A stretch of 64,000 nt of DNA from Andalucia godoyi And28 (Eukaryota; Protista; Jakobida). The notes beneath the pieces are model-generated. The model was not told the origin of the DNA. It saw nothing but the letters and a program-made list of their open reading frames with translations, and ran no database searches. Position 1 is the first letter of the stretch. The number at the start of each line of letters is the position of its first letter. The stretch is taken from the NCBI GenBank assembly GCA_009859145.1, contig VRVR01000016.1:311356-375355 (forward strand). Reading direction: 5' to 3'. The position numbers and the translations under genes were made by a program. This document shows, piece after piece, positions 29,801 to 38,744 of this stretch.

Positions 29801-31290
29801 AGTCCGATTCTCCTCTGATGCAGTGTTTGTGCATCATTATGGTTCTCGAGCTCTATGTCGTTCCTTTTGTGTTCTGTCGACCATGCAAGCACAAGGAAAC
29901 GGCGAATGCGACTGGCATTCTTATGTTTTGTCTTCAGCTACTCATCTTTTTCGGACTCGCGAATGCATTTCTCGGAGTCATCAAAGCGGTCGATGAAAAC
30001 AGCGGTCCGGATCTCAATGCAGCATACATTCCAGTTGCATTCTGGTTCTTCTTGGTGGTCTTTTGCTTTTGTCTCATCGGTCTTTCATGCCTCATCCTCG
30101 TTGTTCCACTCAGTGCACAGTACGAACTGCAAATTGTGCTCAATCATTCGCTCTGCACCTTGACCGCCGACACAGAAGTGGAAAAGAAGGACGGGTTCAT
30201 GCAAAGATATCGGCAGCTGGAAGGGTTCTTCTTGTGGAGATTGCTGCAGCATCTGTTGGGCTGGCTGTCTCGTATTTGTTTCCAGTTTGCAAGTTCTGCG
30301 AGCAATGCAAGCACGTCCGAGGATGCACTAGGCGGCGCGCGGGCTGCTGTCAAGGACTCTGTGTCCGAGGATGATTGGAAGCGCTACTGCAGTCTGCACG
30401 ACCATTCTCATGGACTTGGTGGGTCTCGCGCGACCAGCGGCCCTTCCGCCAAGAGACTTGTTGGTTTCCTCGTTGTACATCCACCGCTGGGCAAGTCGTT
30501 CCGAATGCTTTTCCAGAACCTTGTCGATTCGCAGTACTTTTGGCCAACCTTGTACTCGTCGGACGTCTCGTCCACTGCATCCATGCAAGCGAATGTTGTT
30601 GTTCAGATCTTTGAACTCATCACCATGGGTGTAGACTTTGTTTCCCAGATGGACCATCTTGCAGATCGATTCCGTGCCGATTTTGCTTCCGTCGGGTTTT
30701 CTCTGCCAACCTCTCAGCAGCGCTTTGGCACAGGCCACATTTGGTTCTACCATATGATGGCGTCTCAGCGGACCCTTTCTCGCGAAGAGTTTTCTTCCTC
30801 GGCGCTGGAAGCTGCCAAGTTAAGAATGTACATTTCGTTCCTCCAGATGTGCGAGCTGATCCGCCAGAAGCCTCGACTGGTCCGGTGCTTTCTTGAATTC
30901 CTGGAGGCCAATCCGACCTTTACGGCCTTGGATGGAGCCCCGCGGATTCCGAGAAAGAACACAGTTACTGTCGTCCAATCCGCCGCGGGCAGGTCTGCTG
31001 CATCTGCTGCAAAGCCGTTGTCTGCGTCCATGTCCATCACCAGTCCTAGTGCCAGCCAGTCAAAGACTGCGCCGACAACGAAGCCTTCACACGGTGCCTC
31101 GTCGAAACCGCCGATTCTCACCCCATCGACCCCATCGGCCTCCATTTCCTCGTCGTTTTCATCAAGTGCCAATCTCCTCAGTCCACGTTCTCCAGCACCA
31201 CTGTCGCCAGCGACTCCTGTGAAACCTCGATCCGCAGCAGCCACCGCCTCCCCGTCGTCATCAAAAGGAAGACTTCCCGATGCCATCTAG
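26899..31290 (+). CDS. Large receptor-like membrane protein: signal peptide, FG-GAP-like propeller, GCC2/GCC3 Cys-rich repeats, about 9 TM helices, cytosolic tail
   Basis: FGYSVAVSDNG, FGASI and FGRSMSLSLDG repeats with GAP motifs; CxxCxxGxY repeats; about nine hydrophobic segments; 1463-aa uninterrupted ORF. Confidence 0.85.
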   Translation: MRVRRLPHEPCFSLLLLVLVLVGRGGCLRGVEGRAAAGSTEWRNRLPEVLASNSSSSLNAFYLNQSSAVAASGLNTPLKVSTAWFSARIPDFEWAVSMSNDGLVMAVGAPGVPSFSQGQLESYGSVFVYYRTSLATKDWTLASRVTLPAAPYPNELYLESDFGYSVAVSDNGTYIFVAEPQYMATSKNNNQMHYLVRKLTASNSSTWIYGGKIPCVVDCQNEQLGAGGISLALSDRAVFVGAPYEPYSQSGGRIHTFYASSGPSGTLYFSEFSAMKLASPDSQSGQRFGASITAMLDGSFVAGSATMTNKIFIFRAFTSPSTYSPLKVQSISLSDFSVQVSPTTSAIAFDRTRKNLLYVGTTSNKILVFGGPVDFSSSWTLVDTIDPTTATGGPYTECSGMFGRSMSLSLDGNTMVVGARSSRSLQGSACVLARSTTSSKWIFMSFYAGDSSSSLSFGRNVYISAQGTSAVMNGAVSGMFTLFDSGLCAGGYEPASSGSVGCRKCGAGTYSEFGIVCVSCKTGTASTAIGSASPDVCQPCGVGEYAANGGSACLKCEAGQYNDATQQSSCKQCPPGEFIESTGSAFCTPCVQGFYQDRSGQTACKSCGPGATTASSGSSAIAFCRSQPGFYWDEVSATAIPCSPRDACAGGVGDDSCANGYTGRLCSLCQLGFYRDQTGRCFGCPSFPITELLVVCSIIGILVLICIYYPVRVFLQCIVSALAPVINFFQLMAIISSVRVGYGSSTNALFQVADVAMLKVSFLKPECMTSNMTVVQQWLMSFFPVVFLLLILCVLYLVFTPFVQRMLFGREKFLAREEAVHRSRWSVTGMMVSLMSVFFLPLLRLTVLAWDCSKVGDTYVLDAQPDILCYDFNSSSTWFLLMILGCLSGLLLFVSWFAISYRIISSARRCRLDVVDPLDDWNLDSERFRTVFGAVTQDFRSTSTLTICWGVVFQKMCDACVLFVQVFQSDSPLMQCLCIIMVLELYVVPFVFCRPCKHKETANATGILMFCLQLLIFFGLANAFLGVIKAVDENSGPDLNAAYIPVAFWFFLVVFCFCLIGLSCLILVVPLSAQYELQIVLNHSLCTLTADTEVEKKDGFMQRYRQLEGFFLWRLLQHLLGWLSRICFQFASSASNASTSEDALGGARAAVKDSVSEDDWKRYCSLHDHSHGLGGSRATSGPSAKRLVGFLVVHPPLGKSFRMLFQNLVDSQYFWPTLYSSDVSSTASMQANVVVQIFELITMGVDFVSQMDHLADRFRADFASVGFSLPTSQQRFGTGHIWFYHMMASQRTLSREEFSSSALEAAKLRMYISFLQMCELIRQKPRLVRCFLEFLEANPTFTALDGAPRIPRKNTVTVVQSAAGRSAASAAKPLSASMSITSPSASQSKTAPTTKPSHGASSKPPILTPSTPSASISSSFSSSANLLSPRSPAPLSPATPVKPRSAAATASPSSSKGRLPDAI

Positions 31291-31451
31291 CCTCTGTGTA
31301 CAGTTTATGTATCTGTGCATACGATTTTTGCGCCGTGTAAGCAGCATGTCTCATTGTTTCATTCTCACATTAAATGCAATTCCTAATTGTGTATATATAT
31401 ATATGTATGTATGTGTGTGTGTGTGTGTATGTGTGTATGCGCGCGCACCAT

Positions 31452-31705
31452 CGCCTACATTATACGCTGAACATGCAAACACTTTGCTTCCGCCGCTCGC
31501 GATACTCAGTCGCCCTATGGAACAAACGTTGCAAAAATTGAAACCAACGAATGATGGAATAGATGGCTACGGATGCTGCGTTAAAGAGTGTCGAAAATGC
31601 GGAGCCTGTGTCACAGGCTTTGAAACAAACGTGCTAGTGTCGGCCAGCATTGTCCGTGTCTGTTTATGTATACTTCCATACGCATGACAGTGGCGTGTTA
31701 TTAAA
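31452..31705 (+). repeat. Dispersed repeat, short copy (homologous to 62387-62930)
   Basis: 31542-31619 matches 62724-62801 at 74 of 78 nt; further matching blocks lie up- and downstream. Confidence 0.9.
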
Positions 31706-32376
31706 GGAAAGAAAGGTACAAAAAGCGCCTCCGGCTGTAAAAGCGACCCGCCTTCGTTATCAAAGTGGGGGCGTTCGAATTTTTTTCTTTCTGTTTTCTT
31801 CTCTTATTATGTGTCCGTGCTGTGCGTGATTGAGTGAGTAGTAAGTGAGACCGCCTGTGTGTGACGCTCGGGAAGTGACGACGACTGTCTGACTGTCGCA
31901 TGGGCCTGCAGCGCTGGGACCTTCGGTTTCGGCTTCAGGAGCGCAGGAAACGCCTGGACACGCATCCAGGTAGGACATCCGCCGGATCCCTTTTTTCGAA
32001 TCGGAGAATCCAAATGCATGCAGTTCAGAGATTTCTACAGTCATTGCATGATGGCACGCGCTGATCGTCTGGTCACAGACTCCTCAGTGTCCTGCATCAA
32101 TATGTTTCTGCATTCTACATGTGATGGTTATAGGAAACGAAGGGAAAAAAAACCAAGAAAAGGAAACCAGGTTTGTTTTTGGACTTGATCAAAGATGATG
32201 ATGTATTCTATGCATTAAAGAAAAAAAAAGTAGTCATTAAAAAAGAAAGAAAAGAAAAAAGAAAAGAAGAACAGGGAGAAATGACAGGAAACGAAAATAA
32301 AAGAGACAGGAAGTAGAGGGATTTGAGAATTCCGAATAAACAATCAACACGAGCGACGATTGCAGGAAACAGTGAA

Positions 32377-32423
<47 letters not shown>

Positions 32424-32959
32424 CACACACACAGAGCGATCTCAGCCAAACAATACAAAAAAATACAATTAAAAAATAATAAACTATAAACTGAAAGACT
32501 CGATGTGCACGACGCTCTCTCCTCTTCTCATTGTCGCCTGTCGTCTCCGTTTCACGCGATTTCAGCAACGCTGCGACACCATTCTCTCTGTCCTTTCCTC
32601 CCCTTGCTCAAAAACAATTCAAATGGTTTCCCCTCCTCTGTCTCTTCTCCTTTCACTCTTCTTTCTTCTTTTTTTCCCGCCCTTCCTTCCTCCTTTCTTC
32701 TGTAATTCCCTTCTCCTTTCTTTTCTTCTCCTCCTTCTCCAGCAAACTTCCTAGACAAATTTTTCTCTTTTCTCTTTCCTTTTTTGATTTTCTGTCAATT
32801 CCTTCTCCTTCTCCTTTCTCTCCCTCTCTGTCCTCGACACACCCTCACACACGCTCTGTCTTTTGTACGATACCAACTTGATTTCGAACGCACCCCGTGT
32901 CCACCGGCCTTATCCCCCGCGTCCTTTTCGTCGACCTCCAAAAAGAAGCAGTGCTCGAA

Positions 32960-34228
32960 CTATGAACGTTTCGCTTGGTTACGAAGGGCAGCGCGGAACT
33001 GCGGGTCCGAGACATTCTTGAGTTCTTCATCGGTCCAGTCAAACAAAGGCGGCAGAACAGCACCATTGGGCAATCTTGTGGAAGCTTGTCTAATTTCGTC
33101 GAAGAATGGGTGCAAACACGCTTCAAGCAGCCCAATTCGCTTGGCTGGGGAGTACTGCAGCAGTTTTGATACCAAATCCACGGCTTGCGGCGTGACTGTC
33201 GGTCGGAATACCTTGTTCCATGCACATCCCTTGATTTGCGGGAACTTGAATTCTGTGTAGTTCTTGTTCATGTCTTCAATCTGCTCCCGAGTCGGTGTTC
33301 CCAACACCTTTATGATTTCCACAAGTTGGTCCACAGAGGATTCACCAGGGAACAGCGGCGCACCAACCAACATCTCTGCAATCACGCAGCCCGCGCTCCA
33401 CACGTCGATGGATGGTGTGTAATCCGTGGCACCAAAGATGAGCTCGGGAGCACGGTAGTATCGCGAGCAAATGTACGACACATTCGGCTCACCCTTGATC
33501 AACTGCTTGGCAGACCCAAAATCGCACAGCTTGAGGACACCGGCGTTGGCATCAATCAGCAAGTTCTGCGGCTTGATGTCTCGATGGCAGATGCCCAAAA
33601 CATGGATGTAGTTCAGGGATCGCAACAATTGGTATGCGAACAGCTTCACGAACAAAAGCGGGACTTCCTGCCGTCCTCTGACATACGATCTGTAGAACCT
33701 GTACACGGTATCTGGCACAAACTCAAGCACCAGATTCAAATACACCTCGTCCGGCTTCTCCCCTGCCGAATAGAAGAAATGGCGCATGTTGACCACATTC
33801 TTGTGGCTCACCATGCGCATAATCTGCAGCTCGCGGTTCTTGTACCTGCGGTCCTGCAGCACCTTTTTGATCGCCACCATCTCCCCGGTCTCCACAATCT
33901 TGGCTTGGAACACAACTCCAAACGACCCATGGCCAATGACCCGTTCAGCCGCATACGAAATGCCCTTTTCCCCACTTGCCGACAGCCCAGCCATCAGATT
34001 CGGAGATACCGGAGCATCCGTCTCCAACGCACTCGAGCTCGACGCACCACCAGCAGCAGCGGCGGCGGCACCGGCATTCGATGTTCCAGGTGCATCCGCC
34101 GAGAACTCCGTGTTTCGACGCTGGCGCTGTTGGCTTGCTGATTGCGAACTGCTTGATGCAGCCGCTGTTTGTGACGACGATGGGCTATCCGTAAGCTTGA
34201 GATTGCGAAGTGACGAATCCATAGACAT
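32960..34228 (-). CDS. GSK3: Glycogen synthase kinase 3 / shaggy-like kinase
   Basis: [77 protein letters not shown]. Confidence 0.96.
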   Translation of the reverse strand: MSMDSSLRNLKLTDSPSSSQTAAASSSSQSASQQRQRRNTEFSADAPGTSNAGAAAAAAGGASSSSALETDAPVSPNLMAGLSASGEKGISYAAERVIGHGSFGVVFQAKIVETGEMVAIKKVLQDRRYKNRELQIMRMVSHKNVVNMRHFFYSAGEKPDEVYLNLVLEFVPDTVYRFYRSYVRGRQEVPLLFVKLFAYQLLRSLNYIHVLGICHRDIKPQNLLIDANAGVLKLCDFGSAKQLIKGEPNVSYICSRYYRAPELIFGATDYTPSIDVWSAGCVIAEMLVGAPLFPGESSVDQLVEIIKVLGTPTREQIEDMNKNYTEFKFPQIKGCAWNKVFRPTVTPQAVDLVSKLLQYSPAKRIGLLEACLHPFFDEIRQASTRLPNGAVLPPLFDWTDEELKNVSDPQFRAALRNQAKRS

Positions 34229-35255
34229 GACCAGACAATGCGTGTATTTCTGAAGACTCACAAAACAAAAGCAAGCAAGCAAGCAAGCAAGCAAGCAAAC
34301 AAACAAACACAAACAAAAACAAAAACACAGCACCAAACAATCAAGGGAACCAAAGCAATCAAATAATAACAATAATAAAAAAATTAAAAAGGAAAAGGTA
34401 AAGGAAGGTTAAAAAAAAAAAAAAAAAGAAAAAGAAAAAAAGGGAGTGTGTGAAGATGATGGAGACGAAGAAGCCAACGACTACAAGATCAAGAGATATG
34501 CACAAAAACGAGAGAGGGAACAGGAACAAGGCTCAATATTTAAAAGAAAAGAAGAAAAGAAGAAAAGAGAGAGAAAGAAGAAAAGAGAAAGAAAGAAAAG
34601 AGAGAGCAAGCAAGCAAAAAAGGGGAATGATAACAACGAGATGAAGAAACGAAAAGGAAAGACAAGTTGTTTGGGTTGACTAAAGAAGGGGGAAAAGAGA
34701 AAAGAGACTGAGAGGGAAGGGAAAGACGAGGGGGCGCGGGGGTCGGGTCCGGGGTGGGCTGGAGGGGAAAAGGGGAAGGGGAAAGGGGGGAAATTGGCCG
34801 GGAGGTTGAGTGGATTGAAAAGGGGCGGGGAATTTATGTTTTCTGCTTGGATCAGGTCGTGTCTTCGGCTTTCAACTGTATTCGAAAAAGTGCTGGGGCA
34901 CGGCGGTTGGTGCACGTCTGGTCTGGTTAAATAAATTATAAAAATAAAAAATAATAATAAAAATAATAATAATAAGTTTTTTTTTTGACGTTCATCCCGA
35001 TGCTGAGCTAAAGGGTTTTGCTTGCATCCGGGCGGGAAGAAAGAGTATTTTTGCTCGTACACTCCTGCACGTTTGCAATACACTGCATCCATACGAATTG
35101 GCTGCAGCTGGTGCAAATTGCAATGCTGCACAGCGACCGATCCTCCGAATCAATCGACCGGGCACCGTGCTCCGGTTGCGCAGGAAAAGAGAATAAGAAG
35201 ATCATGGGCGGGGGGGATTGTGAAACACCTGCACTTTTCCCTGTTTGTGGACGTT

Positions 35256-36578
35256 TTATTCAGCCTTTTTGGTCTTCCTGCCGCTGGTCGATGATGTCTT
35301 GGCACTTGCATCCTCGGTTTCCGACTCGAGAGACGCCGCCGCCATCACCTTTTCCACAAACGGTGCGCCAAAAGCTGTGCTGGGCGTCTGGATTCCGCCT
35401 TTTCCACGAAGAATCTCTCGGTCCACCAGCGCTAGTGCAGCATACGAAGCGGCAACAGCAGTCACATCGTATGGCGAATTACCGCGGATTACCGTATGCA
35501 TGAGTTTTGACTTGTCTTTTGCACAACTGCACGTCACCGTGTCCTTTGCCCAGTCAAAAACTGACCAGAAGGGCGCCAGGAACATGCATGCGGCGGCGCA
35601 AGAGAACACGCATTTTGTTGTTGCTGCACACGCCCCGCTGTTCCCTCCACTACCATTGGTACTCTTGTACGAGAAGAAGTGCAGTGCAAACTTGGCCTTT
35701 TGCCGCATGGAGGCCGAAGGACCTGTCCCATCCTGCATCTTCCTCACTGCAAATGCCCGCAACGGCTTGATGACTGCCACGAGATGCAGTCCGAGCACCA
35801 GCAAGAATGTCACGAATGCCATGAAGATGTTTGCTTGGCGCAGGTAATGCCCATACGAAACGCGGCTCGAGAGTCCCGAAAGCTCGATCTGGCGATCCAC
35901 AATCCACGGGTCGCTTGACGGGAACGGAATCAGCCATTCCTTGACGGTTCGGTCGTACACTGGGAACTGCATCGACCGGGTCGGGTTGGCAGCGATGTTT
36001 TCCAAAATGCTTTTGAGCGTGCCCTTGGAAATGCTGCCGCCGGACATGTGCACTGCGCAAAGCAAGCGGGTGTGCTCGTTCGATTCGAGGACCCGGGACT
36101 TGGAAAGCTGCTGAAGATGCAAATATGCACCAAAATCGGCAGGCACAGAGTCGAAGCCACATGACGGAAGCACAAGCACGCCGTTCTCAGTAGCCTGCTG
36201 CGAATACAGCTTTTGGATCTTGTCGAGATAGTCTGGTTCTCCCGTGATGTCTACATAGTGCGACTTGGTGGCGACGCAAGCGCGGACGACCGCTGCGCCA
36301 TGCAGCAAGAATGGACCAACACAGTTTACCACCACCTTTGCGCTGGCCGTCATTGCCAAGATCGAGGCGTCGTTCGAGTGATCAACTTGCTTGATGCACA
36401 AATCAGGAAGACCAAGACTGCTGCGCACTTGTTCAAGCTTCGATGCATGGCGCCCCGCAATGCACCACCGTGACGCAGGCACCTTCAACTGCTCAGCAAG
36501 GTACCGACACACAAGCTGGCCGCTGTATCCCGTCGCACCATACACGACAATGTCAAATGAACGCTTCGACGAGGACAT
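35256..36578 (-). CDS. SCCPDH: Saccharopine dehydrogenase-like oxidoreductase
   Basis: FDIVVYGATGYSGQL, VVNCVGPF, HYVDITGEP, PSCGFDSVPADFG, GGIQTPSTAFG. Confidence 0.85.
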   Translation of the reverse strand: MSSSKRSFDIVVYGATGYSGQLVCRYLAEQLKVPASRWCIAGRHASKLEQVRSSLGLPDLCIKQVDHSNDASILAMTASAKVVVNCVGPFLLHGAAVVRACVATKSHYVDITGEPDYLDKIQKLYSQQATENGVLVLPSCGFDSVPADFGAYLHLQQLSKSRVLESNEHTRLLCAVHMSGGSISKGTLKSILENIAANPTRSMQFPVYDRTVKEWLIPFPSSDPWIVDRQIELSGLSSRVSYGHYLRQANIFMAFVTFLLVLGLHLVAVIKPLRAFAVRKMQDGTGPSASMRQKAKFALHFFSYKSTNGSGGNSGACAATTKCVFSCAAACMFLAPFWSVFDWAKDTVTCSCAKDKSKLMHTVIRGNSPYDVTAVAASYAALALVDREILRGKGGIQTPSTAFGAPFVEKVMAAASLESETEDASAKTSSTSGRKTKKAE

Positions 36579-36927
36579 TCTCTTCAGGCAGCGAAAGTCA
36601 ATTTCTCAGAGCACTGAAATGAAATAGAACCAATCCCCTGCGCAGCGAATACCGATAGGAACATCCCCCCTCGTCAACTAAAATACAGACGAGCAAACAA
36701 GCAAAGAAACAAGAATACTTCAAGCGGAATCCGTCAGCACTCGAAGTTCGGATATACCCACAGCATGTCATGTCATGTCATCTCCCTTGGAATGCTTGAG
36801 GCTGTTGTTGTTTGTCAGCTTGATCATGAAATGTCATGGTTGACTGGAACCTCGTGTCTCCGTCACACTGGTTTCCCCCCATTCTTCTCTTTTCAAATTT
36901 GTTATATGTAAAATATCAGTCAAACAG

Positions 36928-36966
<39 letters not shown>

Positions 36967-37021
36967 CGTGGGTTTTTGGTATCGCGATCGTCGTTGATCA
37001 GTATTCTATTCATTTTAGAGC

Positions 37022-38533
37022 ATGTCCAACTTGTCAGTGTATGTATGCGAGCAGCTGCATTCGATAGGGGTGGAGCCGATCAGCTCGCACGAGTCAGTTT
37101 CCGATGCCGAAGCGGTCTTCTCCGCACAGCTGGAATCTCTGCTGATGGAGACGACGACGTCAGACGTTGATCTTGGTGAAATGTACTGGTATGTTGTGAC
37201 GGCGGATGCGCTTCGTCCCTTTTCTTCCATAGCGGAAGTGTTTCATGCGTGCGTCGTAAGAAGATCGTTTTCTGGTCCGCACTACCTGGTTGGCGTGCGG
37301 CCTTCTGCAATGTTTTCCGTGCACTCAAAGGAGCCGTTTGCGCTTGCGACATCGACTTGCAGCCGTGCGTTCTTTGGCACTTCCGATGGGGTAGTCCAGC
37401 CGATGTTTCAGTGGGAACGAGACACTTCCGCAAAGTTTTGTGTGGCGTGCGGAACGAATTGCTGTGCTGCTCTGTCAGGCGGCCAGCCAGCTGGTTTCAG
37501 TATGGAGGGAAATTCGAGAATGTTTCGCAGTGCTTCGTCGGAAAAATTTACCTGCTCGTGTCCGGTGGACAGATGTCTGTTCAAACAGCCAATTGAATCG
37601 CGGTCGCAACTTGCAAAGGGAAATTACGGACTGTTTCTGAGAGATTGTTTGGGCGTGGTTCTTGCCCAGGCTGTGCTTAAGGGCAGAGAACTGTCCACGA
37701 GGCAGATGGAATCGCGATTGGAGACGTATGCACAGCAAGTATTCGAATATGAAAGCAAGGATACGCATGCAATGTATCTTGGGAAGATGCCGTTGAGCAA
37801 ATGGAGGACAGCGGGAACCAAGATGGAGCTGTTGGAGGATATGATGAAGTGGTTTAAACACGAGTTCTTTTCGTGGGTCAACAGTCCAGCTTGCTCGTCG
37901 TGTGGCAAGGGAACGTCCTTGTCGGGGGTGTGCGAGCCGTCGCAGGAAGAATTGTATTACAAGGCAGGCCGCGTGGAACTGCATCGGTGCGCCGACTGCG
38001 GGACCGTGACTCGATTTCCAAGATTTAACTCCGCCGTCAAGCTGTGCCAGACGCGTTGTGGACGGTGCGGGGAGTGGGCGCAGGCGTTTACTGCGTGCTG
38101 CCGCGCTCTTGGATATCCTGCTAGGTTCGTCATGGACTTCACAGACCATGTGTGGACGGAGGTGTACCTCGAGGACGAGCAGCGGTGGATCCACACGGAT
38201 TGTTGCGAAGACATCCGGGATGCCCCGTTGGTGTATGAATCTGGGTGGGGTAAGAAGCTTTCGTATATTTTCTCGTTTTCAGTTGAGGAGGTCCGCGATG
38301 TTACAAAGCGGTATACGCGTCGGTACAGCGAAGTGCTGTCGCGAAGGACGATGATGCCGGAGGACGACCTTGAGCGGCTTGTGGAAAAGCTGAATCTTTC
38401 CCGACCGAAACGCACCCAGCAGACGCTGGAGCGGTGGAATCAAGAATGGCAGTCCATTTTGCAGGCAGAGGAGGCCAACTTGCGGCTTCTGAAGGACGAA
38501 GAGCAAAAGAGCCGCATTTCCGGTAACGAATAG
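37022..38533 (+). CDS. NGLY1: Peptide:N-glycanase (transglutaminase-like core)
   Basis: KWFKHEFFSWVNSPACSSC, RVELHRCADC...RFPRFN, GRCGEWA, DFTDHVWTEVY, RWIHTDCCE, YESGWGKKLSY. Catalytic C/H/D are present. Confidence 0.92.
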   Translation: MSNLSVYVCEQLHSIGVEPISSHESVSDAEAVFSAQLESLLMETTTSDVDLGEMYWYVVTADALRPFSSIAEVFHACVVRRSFSGPHYLVGVRPSAMFSVHSKEPFALATSTCSRAFFGTSDGVVQPMFQWERDTSAKFCVACGTNCCAALSGGQPAGFSMEGNSRMFRSASSEKFTCSCPVDRCLFKQPIESRSQLAKGNYGLFLRDCLGVVLAQAVLKGRELSTRQMESRLETYAQQVFEYESKDTHAMYLGKMPLSKWRTAGTKMELLEDMMKWFKHEFFSWVNSPACSSCGKGTSLSGVCEPSQEELYYKAGRVELHRCADCGTVTRFPRFNSAVKLCQTRCGRCGEWAQAFTACCRALGYPARFVMDFTDHVWTEVYLEDEQRWIHTDCCEDIRDAPLVYESGWGKKLSYIFSFSVEEVRDVTKRYTRRYSEVLSRRTMMPEDDLERLVEKLNLSRPKRTQQTLERWNQEWQSILQAEEANLRLLKDEEQKSRISGNE

Positions 38534-38744
38534 TTGGCGAGAAGCGGAGCATGCTGTTTTCTCCACGCCTTCTCCGTGTTGCTGTTCATCCATATGTACA
38601 GAACTGTTTATTTTCATTATTTAAAATTTAAAACCCCCACCAAAAAAAAACAAAAAACAAAAAACCATAACAATAAAGAAGAAGAAGAAAGACGGAGAAG
38701 AAATACCAAGCAAATCTCCTGCATTCCGAGTAGAGCAGCACCGG

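Noticed and set aside
35490-35640. Cys-rich insertion in SCCPDH as a retained in-frame intron
   Set aside because: No donor matching the GTAYGT consensus seen elsewhere; cannot be supported without cDNA.
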